Assembly (NCBI GenBank): GCA_963843145.1
Contig: CAWJJC010000028.1
Location: forward strand, 128,001 to 192,000
Origin: an uncultured delta proteobacterium
Lineage (GTDB): Bacteria; Desulfobacterota; RBG-13-43-22
Length of the DNA: 64,000 nt
Direction of reading: 5' to 3'
Below are positions 39,704-49,177 of the stretch, piece after piece. The notes under the pieces were generated by a model. That model made no database searches. It was not told the DNA's origin and worked only from the letters and a program-made list of their open reading frames with translations. Every line of letters starts with the position of its first letter. Position 1 is the stretch's first letter. Position numbers and translations under genes: made by a program.

Positions 39704-40558
39704 ATGGACTACAAAAAGGGCGAGAGGGTGAAACACCCCGGCATGCCGGCATGGGGACTGGGGAAAGTATTAGAGGACAGTCGGGATTCCAAGGTCAGCA
39801 TATTCTTTACCGGGGATGGCCGCAAGACCCTCTCTTTGAAATATGTTGAGCCGGTAAGAATCTCCGGGGAGGAAGCCAGGAACCCGGTATTGGACCATTT
39901 GTGGATTAAGGAAGGCGGGGAAAGCAAGTACCAAAACCTGCAAATATCAAAAGAAATGTTCTTAAAGGACTATCCCGATGGATTTTATGATCCCGCTTAC
40001 CTGAAAGGGGAAAGAAATCATAAGGTGGCGGCCCATGAGCTGGCTTTGAGTCTACTAGGCCCTGAGCCATTCAAAACCTTGTTAGGTCAACAGGATTATG
40101 AGGAAATATGCAAGCGGGCACTGAAAGTGGTGAATGCCACTAACCTGATTTTCCCCAATGAAAAATTGGCGTTAAGGAATGGCCTGAAAGATTCAAAAAA
40201 CATGGAGTTGTTTTCCGAAAAGCTTTATCACCTGTTATATGGGAAAGAGGAGCTGGCGGAGCGGTTTATCTCGTTTGCCCGGACCCTGGCGGGGATCAAG
40301 GCGGCCAAGTGGACCACCCTGTCCTATTTCCTTTTTATTGTCTTCCCCGACAAGCATATTTTTATAAAGCCGATCGTCACCCAACTGGCCGCGGAAATGT
40401 CCGCCTTCGAGATAAACTACCGCCCTGAATTAAATTGGAAAACCTATCAATCCGTTTTGGATTTCTCCGAATACTTCCGGTCCGCGCTGAAGGATTTCAA
40501 ACCAAGGGATATGATCGATATCCAATCATTCATGTGGTGTCTCGGACCAAATAATTAG
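39704..40558 (+). CDS. DUF3553-like domain protein
   Basis: YKKGERVKHPGMPAWGLGKV N-terminal module; ends PRDMIDIQSFMW; GAGG RBS; more AT-rich than neighbours. Confidence 0.75.
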   Translation: MDYKKGERVKHPGMPAWGLGKVLEDSRDSKVSIFFTGDGRKTLSLKYVEPVRISGEEARNPVLDHLWIKEGGESKYQNLQISKEMFLKDYPDGFYDPAYLKGERNHKVAAHELALSLLGPEPFKTLLGQQDYEEICKRALKVVNATNLIFPNEKLALRNGLKDSKNMELFSEKLYHLLYGKEELAERFISFARTLAGIKAAKWTTLSYFLFIVFPDKHIFIKPIVTQLAAEMSAFEINYRPELNWKTYQSVLDFSEYFRSALKDFKPRDMIDIQSFMWCLGPNN

Positions 40559-40858
40559 TTCTCAATCTTGGCGGACAACCCTTAGATCCGGCGGTTGATT
40601 CGTTGATACCCGATCGTTTTGCCTTACTGGTCCGAACCGGAAAACAGACTCCGATCGGAATTGGCCCATCGCTATCCCCCGCACCGAGGCCTTAAGACCT
40701 TCGGTCGCGATTTTAAACATTCCCTCCGGGCCGCCTCCTGGACTGCCCTCAGACCCAACCCCCCCTAAAGGTAGCAAAGATAGGCAGTTTCTGCTAAATT
40801 AAGAGCATGGTGCCTAACCCTCCCCTCCCCAAAAAAAACAATCAGAGGAGTCTAATCA

Positions 40859-42487
40859 ATGTCCAGAGTTTCAGAACTTTTTGTTCAGGCGTTAAAAAAA
40901 GCCGGGGTTGAGCGGGTCTTCGGCATTCCCAGTATTCACAATATCGGCTTATACGATGCCTTGCGCGGGGAACCCGCCATTCAACACATCCTCTGCCGGC
41001 ATGAATCCTGCGCCACCCACATGGCCGACGGGTATGCCCGGGCCGGGAAAGGGGTGGGGGTGGTCATTACCTCCACGGGCCCCGGCGCCGGTTACCTGGT
41101 GGCCCCCCTGGTCGAGGCCTGGGGGAGTTCGTCGCCGGTCCTGGCCATCACGACCAATATTCCCACCAACCAGATCGGACGGGGCACAGGGACGCTCCAC
41201 GAACTGAAAGACCAGGATTTGATTTTCAAAAATATAACCAAGGAGCGGTTTTGCCTTCGGACAGGGGACGATGTCTGGACGATGGTTCCCCAGGCGGTTC
41301 AAACGGCCCTTTCCGGGCGTCCCGGTCCGGTTTATTGTGAAGTCCCGACAGACCTTTGGGATCTGGATCTCCCCGGGGAGGCGGAGGCTCCGCCTGCCAT
41401 GGATCCGGCCCGGGGTCCGGAAGAGTGGTCCGGAGATCTCGATTTAGCGGCGAAGCTCCTCTCTGAGGCCGAACGTCCCGTGATCGTGGCCGGAACGGGC
41501 GCCGTTCGTGCCGGGATCGGGGAGGCGATCCAGGCCCTTTGCCAAGCGATCCAGGCGCCGCTAATCACCAATGCGGAAGGGAAGGGCCTGATCCCTGAAG
41601 ATCAGGAACTGGCTTTCGGCAACGCCGCCCGACGCGGAGTTGTCCGGGAGTACCTGAGGTCCAGCACGATCGCCTTGGCCATCGGGACCCGTCTGCGCGC
41701 CACGGATTTTCATCGGCGGGGCGTGTCTCTGCCCCGACTGATTCAGGTGGACTGGGACGATACCTGGATCGGCAAGAACTATCCCGCCGAAATGCGTATT
41801 ATCGGTGATATCCGAATGATCGCCCGGAGGCTTTCGGAACGGGTCCGATCCAAGACCCCGGGAAACGGAAGCAGCGGAGGGCGGTTCTCAGCCCTGAAGG
41901 ACAAGATCAGGGAAGAACGGAAAACTGTCGCCAAAGAATGCCGGGAGATCGAGTATCTCGATACCCTGCGCCGGGTCCTGCCCCGTGACGGCAGCCTGGT
42001 GGTAGACAATACCCTGCTCGGATACTGGGCCGAGTATTTCTACCATTCCTTAAGGCCCGGCGGTCTGGTGACCGGCAAGGGGTCTTCGATAATCGGTTTC
42101 GGTTTTCCCGCGGCCGTCGGTTTGAAGATCGCCTGTCCCGAACGGACGGTGATCGCGGTGACTGGAGACGGGGGTTTTCTCTACGGGGCCCAGGAACTGG
42201 CCACCTGCCGCCGTCACGGCATCGGCTTTCCCCTGGTCGTGGTTAATGACGGGGCCTACGGGATGATCGCTCTCCTGCAGCGCCAGATCTACGGCCGAGG
42301 CGACTTTGAAACGGACCTGGTTAATCCTGACCTGCCGGCCCTGGCCGCCGCCTTCGGGTTCGGCGCTGAGCGGGTCGCTACCCCTCAAGGGCTGGAACAG
42401 GCCTTACGGTCGGCTTTGGCCTCAAAGGAAATGCGGCTTATCGAACTGGCGGTCTCCTTTCAGGAAAATCCTTTTGCCCGATATTAA
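40859..42487 (+). CDS. Thiamine pyrophosphate-binding enzyme (acetolactate synthase-like superfamily)
   Basis: RHE..MADGYARA, SGRPGPVYCEVP, GDGGF..N TPP motif. Confidence 0.92.
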   Translation: MSRVSELFVQALKKAGVERVFGIPSIHNIGLYDALRGEPAIQHILCRHESCATHMADGYARAGKGVGVVITSTGPGAGYLVAPLVEAWGSSSPVLAITTNIPTNQIGRGTGTLHELKDQDLIFKNITKERFCLRTGDDVWTMVPQAVQTALSGRPGPVYCEVPTDLWDLDLPGEAEAPPAMDPARGPEEWSGDLDLAAKLLSEAERPVIVAGTGAVRAGIGEAIQALCQAIQAPLITNAEGKGLIPEDQELAFGNAARRGVVREYLRSSTIALAIGTRLRATDFHRRGVSLPRLIQVDWDDTWIGKNYPAEMRIIGDIRMIARRLSERVRSKTPGNGSSGGRFSALKDKIREERKTVAKECREIEYLDTLRRVLPRDGSLVVDNTLLGYWAEYFYHSLRPGGLVTGKGSSIIGFGFPAAVGLKIACPERTVIAVTGDGGFLYGAQELATCRRHGIGFPLVVVNDGAYGMIALLQRQIYGRGDFETDLVNPDLPALAAAFGFGAERVATPQGLEQALRSALASKEMRLIELAVSFQENPFARY

Positions 42488-42645
42488 CGACCTTCCTTTA
42501 ACATCGGCGGAAGGGTATATTTTTTGGTTGTTCGCCCTTTTAGGTGGGTGGCCACAAGATAGGGTGGATTAACCTGAAAGTGGTTCACTCCTCCTCCTGG
42601 GAGCTGGTGGCCAAGAAAAAAGCGGTCTCCCCGCAAGTCGAAAAG

Positions 42646-42975
42646 ATGAAGGCCCTGCTCAATTCCGTCAACCGCCTGGATGCCCGGTTTTGCGCCATCG
42701 GGATCAACCTGAATCTCATCTTCAGCCCGGAGACGATGCGGGGGAAAACAGGCCGGCAGTCCGTTCAAAACCTGTTGTGGACCTATTTCCGGAGGGGAGG
42801 AATGCAGGTTCAACTCAACGTGATCGATCCATCGTTCCTGATAGCCGCCCGGGACAATCCCTGGGCCTACCCCCACCTCCTGGTCAGGGTATCCGGATAT
42901 TCCGCCTACTTCAACGACCTCCTGCCCGAGATGAAAGAGGAGATCCTCCGGCGCACCTGCGCTCGGGCTTTCTAA
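42646..42975 (+). CDS. Stand-alone glycyl radical domain (remnant or GrcA-like)
   Basis: ALLNSV, GGMQVQLNVID, YPHLLVRVSGYSAYF; open upstream to GTG 42544. Confidence 0.7.
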   Translation: MKALLNSVNRLDARFCAIGINLNLIFSPETMRGKTGRQSVQNLLWTYFRRGGMQVQLNVIDPSFLIAARDNPWAYPHLLVRVSGYSAYFNDLLPEMKEEILRRTCARAF

Positions 42976-43034
42976 CCTCCTGGTCCGTAGCCCGGTCTAA
43001 AATTTTGTTGCCCAGGGCTTAATTTTGGTATATA

Positions 43035-43055
43035 TGAGAGGTGATTCACCTTTAA
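43035..43055. promoter_or_regulatory. Candidate TetR operator 1
   Basis: TGAGAGGTGATTCACCTTTAA, 16/21 identical to the site at 44390. Confidence 0.65.
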
Positions 43056-43066
43056 GGTACCGTTAA

Positions 43067-44332
43067 ATGCCCCGATCGACTAAAAACCTACCAGCGCGTC
43101 GTTCCTTGAAGTCCAAAGGCCTGAACACCCGGGCCGCGATCCTGGACTCAGCCCAGGAGGTCTTCAGGGATCTGGGGTATTACCAAACCTCCATCTCGGA
43201 AATCACCCGCCGCTGCGGGGTCTCCATCGGGACCTTCTATCAGTATTTCAAGAACAAGGAACAGATTTTCCTGGAACTGAATGACCTGATCATCTCCCGC
43301 TTTTGGGAAAAGGCGGAAGGTTTGCCGCCAGGACTCCGGAGTCTGGAGGAGCGCCTGACCTGGGTGGTTCAGCTCCTCTATGACCATATTTCCAGCCATT
43401 TTTATTTCCACCGCATACTGGGCGAATTTGAACTCATCGATTCGGTAACCATCGGTTACTACGATTCGATTGCCCGCTTCTATCGAAACTTCTTTCGGCA
43501 GGAAGCCGGGCTGGGCACCATTCGTCCTTTTGATCCGAACCTGATCACCTACGGTCTCATCGGGATGGTCTATTTTAATACCCTGGATTGGGGACCGAAA
43601 ACCGAAGCCTACCGGTCGGACCGCTTGGTCGCCCTGACGGTAGAGCTAATTCTACAGGGAATCAGTGGAACCAAGCCGTGGGGCCGGCCCAAGGATCTGT
43701 CGTCCTCCTCCTTGGTGCGGAAACCGGAAGACATTCCGGAGGCGGAGGAGGACGGTGCTCAGGGTCAGATGACCAAGCGGGCCTTATTCCAGGCCGCCGA
43801 AACCGTATTTGGTCAGTACGGGTTCAACCGGGCCACTATTTCCGAGATTACCCGTTCGGCGGGGGTGGCCCAAGGGACCTTTTACATTTACTTCAAAAGC
43901 AAAAGGAATCTGCTCGAAGGCTTTGTCCGCTATTTGAGCCGGGAATTGCGCTGGACCCTGAAACGGGCCACGGAGGGTCTGGCCGACCGGCGCGATATGG
44001 AGCGGGAGGGCCTGGTGACCTTTTTTCGGTTTCTACGGCAACACAGCCGGATTTACCGGGTGGTGGGGGAAAGTGAAACCGTGGGTCTGGAGACGGGCAT
44101 GTGGTACTATAAAAAGTTGGCCGCGGGCTATGTTTCCGGACTGCGGGAAGGGGTGAAACAAGGGGAGATTCGAACGTTGCCGGTGCCTTTTCTGGCGCGC
44201 TCCCTCATGGGGCTTAATCACCTGATCGGTTTAAAGTGGTTGGTTTGGAATTCCTATCCCCAGGTGGAACTTCCCCCGGCGCTCTTAAATGAATTAGCCC
44301 AATGGGTATTGGAGGGTCTCAAGGTTCCCTGA
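43067..44332 (+). CDS. Tandem two-domain TetR/AcrR regulator
   Basis: Two HTH motifs: TSISEITRRCGVSIGTFYQYF and ATISEITRSAGVAQGTFYIYF. Confidence 0.92.
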   Translation: MPRSTKNLPARRSLKSKGLNTRAAILDSAQEVFRDLGYYQTSISEITRRCGVSIGTFYQYFKNKEQIFLELNDLIISRFWEKAEGLPPGLRSLEERLTWVVQLLYDHISSHFYFHRILGEFELIDSVTIGYYDSIARFYRNFFRQEAGLGTIRPFDPNLITYGLIGMVYFNTLDWGPKTEAYRSDRLVALTVELILQGISGTKPWGRPKDLSSSSLVRKPEDIPEAEEDGAQGQMTKRALFQAAETVFGQYGFNRATISEITRSAGVAQGTFYIYFKSKRNLLEGFVRYLSRELRWTLKRATEGLADRRDMEREGLVTFFRFLRQHSRIYRVVGESETVGLETGMWYYKKLAAGYVSGLREGVKQGEIRTLPVPFLARSLMGLNHLIGLKWLVWNSYPQVELPPALLNELAQWVLEGLKVP

Positions 44333-44358
44333 AAAAAATTGGGCCCCCTATTTTTTTA

Positions 44359-44411
44359 TTGACAGCCAAAGGAGCCGCTGATAAATATCTGACAGTTGGT
44401 TCACCTGTCAG
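44359..44411 (+). promoter_or_regulatory. Sigma70 promoter with adjacent candidate TetR operator 2
   Basis: TTGACA-N17-TAAATA, then CTGACAG-TTGGTTCAC-CTGTCAG (44389-44411). Confidence 0.7.
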
Positions 44412-44446
44412 TTTCTAAAACAAATTATCAACCTGGGAATTGATCC

Positions 44447-45193
44447 GTGTTCGATCTTGAGGGTAAAATCGCAGTCATTACCGGGGCCAGCTCCGGCATA
44501 GGCGCCGCCCTGAGCAAAGGATTTTCACGGGCCGGGGCCCGGGTTACCCTGGCGGCCCGTAGAAAAGAAAAGCTGGAAGCGGTGGCCGCCGAATGCTCCG
44601 GTGAACACCTCAGCGTCACGGCCGATGTAACCGACCCCCAAGGCCGCCGGGATATTCTGGAAAAAACGCTGGAACGTTGGGGACGAGTGGATATCCTGGT
44701 CAACAATGCCGGACGCGGGGCCTACGGCCCTTTTGGGGATACTAGCGAAGAACAGTGGCGGCGGCTGTTTGAAATCAACTTCTTCGCCCCGGTGCTGCTG
44801 ACCCGGGAGGTCCTGAAAATTATGCAGGCCCAGGGGGAAGGGCTCATCATCAACCTGGCCTCCATCGGGGGATTGCTGGCCCATTCCGACAAAGTATCCG
44901 CCTACGTGGCCAGCAAACACGCACTCCTGGGCTTTTCCCGCGGGTTGGCCAGAGACCTGGCCGGAACGGGTATCCGCCTCCTGGCCATCTGCCCCCACCT
45001 GACCGCCACCGAATTCTTCAGCGTCTCTTCGGGGACCAAGGAGATGGCCCCGGCGATTCAAAAATACCAAAGCGTTATGGACACCCCCGAGGAAGTTGCC
45101 CGGGGCATTCTGGATCAACTAGATTCTGACCACCTGGTAATTTTCCCTACGGACAAACCGGCCCGGGTCTATGAGAAGCAAAGGGACATATAA
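44447..45193 (+). CDS. SDR oxidoreductase
   Basis: TGASSGIG, NNAG, YVASK. Confidence 0.92.
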   Translation: MFDLEGKIAVITGASSGIGAALSKGFSRAGARVTLAARRKEKLEAVAAECSGEHLSVTADVTDPQGRRDILEKTLERWGRVDILVNNAGRGAYGPFGDTSEEQWRRLFEINFFAPVLLTREVLKIMQAQGEGLIINLASIGGLLAHSDKVSAYVASKHALLGFSRGLARDLAGTGIRLLAICPHLTATEFFSVSSGTKEMAPAIQKYQSVMDTPEEVARGILDQLDSDHLVIFPTDKPARVYEKQRDI

Positions 45194-45227
45194 ACTAAAG
45201 TATCTTATAAACGTGATGGTATTGTTT

Positions 45228-45294
45228 AAATTCGAAATCCGAAGCACGAAATTCGAAACAAACGGCAAAATTCAAAACTCAAATAACCGAAACA
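45228..45294 (+). repeat. Heptamer repeat, single arm
   Basis: AAATTCGAAATCCGAAGCACGAAATTCGAAAC. Confidence 0.65.
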
Positions 45295-45326
45295 ACTTCC
45301 CCTGATACAAACTTTAACTGGACAGG

Positions 45327-46079
45327 TTGGTATTGAAGACTAAGTTTGTAGAAACAGCTCTGGTGGTGGGCGGCGGATCCGGTCTGGGCCGGGCAGCAGC
45401 CGAGGCCTTAGGAATGCGGGGTATCGAGGTCTTGGTAGCCGATCTCCGGTTGGAAGCCGCCCGGGATACGGTTCAAGTCATCCGGAAGACGAGCGGCCGG
45501 GCGGACGCTTTCCCGGTGGACGTCTCCAGCAGTGAATCCGTCCGAGAGCTGTTCGGTGCCCTGAGAAGACAGACCGAACGGTTGGATTTAATGGTCCATA
45601 CCGCCGCTATCCTGGGACGAACCGCGTTTATCGAGGACTTGGATGATGATGAGTGGCGCCGGATGATGTCCGTCAACCTGGACGGCGTGTTTTATTGTTG
45701 CCGGGAGGCGGTGCGTTGGATGAAAGAATACCGGACCGGCCGTCTCCTCCTGTTCAGTTCCGTAGCTTCGCTGACCCCGACGCCGGGTTCCCTGCATTAC
45801 AGCGTCTCCAAAGGCGGCGTGAATATGCTGGGCAAAACCTTGGCCCGGGAGGTGGCCAAATACAATATTCGGGTCAACCTGATCGCGCCGGGGTATGTCA
45901 AGACCCCCATGTTGACCGGGCTCCCGGAAGGCTTTGAGGAGCAGGTACTCAAGAAAACACCCCTGAAACGACTGGGTGAAGCCGGGGAGATCGCCGGGTT
46001 GGTGGCCTATCTGGCCTCTCCGGAGGCAGACTTCTTTACCGGGCAGATTATCAGCCCCAACGGCGGGTGGGTGATTTGA
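45327..46079 (+). CDS. SDR oxidoreductase (FabG-like)
   Basis: GGGSGLG, YSVSK, NLIAPG, TGQIISPNGG. Confidence 0.9.
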   Translation: MVLKTKFVETALVVGGGSGLGRAAAEALGMRGIEVLVADLRLEAARDTVQVIRKTSGRADAFPVDVSSSESVRELFGALRRQTERLDLMVHTAAILGRTAFIEDLDDDEWRRMMSVNLDGVFYCCREAVRWMKEYRTGRLLLFSSVASLTPTPGSLHYSVSKGGVNMLGKTLAREVAKYNIRVNLIAPGYVKTPMLTGLPEGFEEQVLKKTPLKRLGEAGEIAGLVAYLASPEADFFTGQIISPNGGWVI

Positions 46080-46080
46080 G

Positions 46081-46210
46081 ACGAAAACAAGAATATTGAA
46101 TATCGAACGCCGAATATCGAATTTCGAAGTTTTCTTCTTGTTCCTTCGTCCTTCGAAATTCTCATGCTTCGGGAGTGCCCGCAGAGGGCCTGAGGGCAAA
46201 AGAGAAAACC
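46081..46210 (+). repeat. Heptamer array plus degenerate ATTTTCATGCTTCG site (46158-46210)
   Basis: GAATATTGAATATCGAACGCCGAATATCGAATTTCGAAG, then ATTCTCATGCTTCGGGAGTGCCCGCAGAGGGCCTGAGGG. Confidence 0.7.
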
Positions 46211-46211
46211 A

Positions 46212-47027
46212 ATGTCGAAAAAATATTCCTTATTGCTGGTCGAGTACCGGGAAGACATCTGCTGGCTGACCGTCAATCGGGTGAAAGACCGGAATTCCAT
46301 CAACACGGCGCTCATGGCTGAACTGGACCAGGCGCTGACGGAGGCGGAGGGTACCCCGGCCCGGGCGGCGGTGATTACCGGGGCCGGCAAGACCTATTTT
46401 ATCGGCGGGGCCGACGGCGTCGAAATGATGCAGTGCCACCCCGACGAAGCCGCGGCCTTTTCCAGCCGCATTCAAAATTTATTTGACCGGATGGAGGCCA
46501 GCCCCTTGCTCCTAGTGGCGGCGATCAACGGCCTCTGTTTCGGGGGCGGCTATGAATTGGCCCTGGCCTGCGATTTCCGCATCGCCGGGGACCGGGCCCG
46601 GATCGGGCTTCCCGAGGTGAAGGTGGGGTTGATCCCGGGCGGGGGAGGGACCCAGCGTCTGCCCCGGGTGGTGGGTCTGGGCCGGGCCTTGGAGATGATC
46701 TTGAGCGGGCGCCTTTACCCGGCCAAAGAGGCCCTGGCGCTGAATCTGATTCATTCCCTGGTTCCGGGCGAAGACCTCCTGGGTGAAACGGCCAAATTTC
46801 TTAAGCCTATCTTTAAAAGCCCGGCCTACGCCCTGGCTCAGGCCAAAAGGGCCGTCCGGATTTCCCAGGACCGGCCGCTTTCAGAGGGGCTTCGCGTGGA
46901 AACCGAGGAGTTCCGGAAGTGTTTTGATCATCCGTTTTTTGTCGAGCTTATGTGTCAGCAGATCAAAACCGGGGTCCTGCCCTCTACGGCGTTGCCGCCC
47001 AAGGGACTCTGTCGGGAAAAGGGGTGA
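46212..47027 (+). CDS. Enoyl-CoA hydratase/isomerase family protein
   Basis: AAINGLCFGGGYELALACD, GLPEVKVGLIPGGGGTQRL. Confidence 0.93.
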   Translation: MSKKYSLLLVEYREDICWLTVNRVKDRNSINTALMAELDQALTEAEGTPARAAVITGAGKTYFIGGADGVEMMQCHPDEAAAFSSRIQNLFDRMEASPLLLVAAINGLCFGGGYELALACDFRIAGDRARIGLPEVKVGLIPGGGGTQRLPRVVGLGRALEMILSGRLYPAKEALALNLIHSLVPGEDLLGETAKFLKPIFKSPAYALAQAKRAVRISQDRPLSEGLRVETEEFRKCFDHPFFVELMCQQIKTGVLPSTALPPKGLCREKG

Positions 47028-47032
47028 AGAAA

Positions 47033-47605
47033 ATGAAGGTCTTGGGCATCAGCGGGAGTCTGCGCGATCAAAGCAATACCCTTTATTATGTCGAAACGGC
47101 CTTGAAAGTATTGGAAGAAGAAGAGATCGAAACGGAGTTGATTTCGTTGCGGGATAGGGAAATCAAGCCCTGCACCGGTTGTTATGACTGTCAGACCCAG
47201 GGGTTCTGCACCATCACGGGGGATGATTTTGAAGAAATCTTCACCCGAATGTGCCGGGTCGAAGGACTGATCCTCGGTTCTCCGGTCTACCTGAGTTCGG
47301 TGGTCCCCCAGATGATGGCCTTGCTTTCCCGGGCCACCTTCGTGTCCTACTGGAACGGCAAATTTTTTAACGGTAAGGTCGGCGGACCGATTACCGTGGC
47401 CCAGCGGGCCGGGCACAATCTGGCCTTCTCCCAGCTTCTGCTCTGGTTCTTTTTTAACGGGCTGATCGTTCCCGGATCGATCTACTGGAATGTGGGGGTG
47501 GCCGGCACCCGGGGGGCCCGCGACGCGGAAAAAGATCTGATCGGTTTGGAGGTGGTTACCACCTTCGCCCGGAATCTGGCCGGGCTGATGAAAAAACTAT
47601 TCTGA
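47033..47605 (+). CDS. Iron-sulfur flavoprotein (flavodoxin-fold)
   Basis: KVLGISGSLR, CTGCYDC..C, GSPVY. Confidence 0.9.
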   Translation: MKVLGISGSLRDQSNTLYYVETALKVLEEEEIETELISLRDREIKPCTGCYDCQTQGFCTITGDDFEEIFTRMCRVEGLILGSPVYLSSVVPQMMALLSRATFVSYWNGKFFNGKVGGPITVAQRAGHNLAFSQLLLWFFFNGLIVPGSIYWNVGVAGTRGARDAEKDLIGLEVVTTFARNLAGLMKKLF

Positions 47606-47617
47606 GGACGGCGGCGG

Positions 47618-49144
47618 ATGATGGAAGCGCAAGGAATCGGTTTCTGGCTGACCAAGCGGGCCTTTTTGAATGGCAACCGGGAGGCTTTGGTGGACGGGAG
47701 ACACCGGCTCAGCTACCGGGAACTCAATAGCCGGGTCAACCGGCTTTCCCGGGCCCTTCAGGCCCAAGGCCTGAAGCCGGGCGACCGTTGCGCGCTGCTG
47801 GCCTATAACTGCCTGGAATATGTCGAGGTGATTTTTGCGACGGCCAAGCTGGGACTGCTGCTGGTGCCCTTGAACTGGAGGCTTTCCCCGGCCGAACTGG
47901 CCTTCAATCTCTCCGACAGCGGGACCGAAACGCTGATTTTTGACCCGGGGTTTGCGGAGGTGGTTCAGGGCCTGGTCGGTCAAACCCCGCTCCGGCGCCG
48001 GCTGATTCTGGGGGAGGAAGAGACGACCGGCGCCCCGGCTTATGAAAAGGTTCTGGCCGGGCAATCCGAGCAGGAGCCGGAACTCGCCGAACCGGTTGGC
48101 CTGGAAACTCCCCATATCATCATGTACACCGCCGGCACTACCGGCCGACCCAAGGGAGCCGTGCTGACCCAGGGGGCCAGTTTTTGGAATGCCGTCAACC
48201 TGGAAATGGACCTCTATTTCACTCCCCGGGATCGAAACCTATTGGTCTTGCCCATGTTTCATATCGGAGGTATCGGGTTGTTCACCCTGCCGATGCTGTA
48301 CGCGGGGGGTACGGTGGTCATCCAGCGCACTTTCGAACCGACCGAAACCTTAAGGCTGCTTCAAGAAGAGAACATCACCTTGTTTTTCGGTGTGCCGGCC
48401 GTCTTTTTGTTTTTGATCCAGCATTCGGATTTCCAGGCCCGGGCCTTCGAGAAGATCCGCCTGGTCATGAGCGGCGGGGCGCCCCTGCCGGTCAGCCTGG
48501 TTGAGCAGTACCACCGGGCGGGCATCGTGCTCCAGCAGGGTTTCGGCATGAGCGAGGCGGCCCCCAGCATTGCGACTTTGGGAAAGGATCGGGCCCTCCG
48601 CAAGGCCGGCTCCATCGGCCGGGCCCTGTTTCATGTCGAGTCCCGGATAGTGGACGACGATCTCAAGGACGTGCCGACGGACGCCGTGGGGGAACTGGTC
48701 ATCCGGGGGCCCAACCTGATGCGAGGCTACTGGAACCGGCCGGAGGCTACGGCGGAGGCTTTGGCCGGTGGCTGGTTTCATACCGGCGATCTGGCCCGGA
48801 TGGACGAGGAGGGTGACCTGACCATCGTGGAGCGCAAAAAGGACATGTTCATCTCCGGCGGGGAAAATGTGTATCCGGCCGAGGTGGAAAACGTCCTCTT
48901 CGAGCTATCCCCGGTTTCCGAGGCGGCGGTGATAGGTCTTCCCGATAAAAAATGGGGTGAGGTCGGCCTGGCCGTGGTGGTTCTCAAGGAGGGGCAACCT
49001 TTGGGCGAGGCGGAGATCCTCGATCACCTCCGGGGCCGGCTGGCCAAGTACAAGATTCCCAAGCAAGTGGTCTTTATCGACCGCTTGCCCCGCAATGCGG
49101 CCGGCAAGGTCTTGAAAACCGAGCTCCGGGATAGGCTGAAGTGA
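47618..49144 (+). CDS. Acyl-CoA synthetase (AMP-forming)
   Basis: YTAGTTGRPKG, GFGMSE, FHTGD, LPRNAAGK. Confidence 0.93.
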   Translation: MMEAQGIGFWLTKRAFLNGNREALVDGRHRLSYRELNSRVNRLSRALQAQGLKPGDRCALLAYNCLEYVEVIFATAKLGLLLVPLNWRLSPAELAFNLSDSGTETLIFDPGFAEVVQGLVGQTPLRRRLILGEEETTGAPAYEKVLAGQSEQEPELAEPVGLETPHIIMYTAGTTGRPKGAVLTQGASFWNAVNLEMDLYFTPRDRNLLVLPMFHIGGIGLFTLPMLYAGGTVVIQRTFEPTETLRLLQEENITLFFGVPAVFLFLIQHSDFQARAFEKIRLVMSGGAPLPVSLVEQYHRAGIVLQQGFGMSEAAPSIATLGKDRALRKAGSIGRALFHVESRIVDDDLKDVPTDAVGELVIRGPNLMRGYWNRPEATAEALAGGWFHTGDLARMDEEGDLTIVERKKDMFISGGENVYPAEVENVLFELSPVSEAAVIGLPDKKWGEVGLAVVVLKEGQPLGEAEILDHLRGRLAKYKIPKQVVFIDRLPRNAAGKVLKTELRDRLK

Positions 49145-49177
49145 ATTTGTGATAATCTTTAAAAAAGGAGGAGAACC

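Noticed and set aside
40562-40777. ORF or further GRE fragment between the DUF3553 and TPP genes
   Set aside because: No motif I can support by eye.
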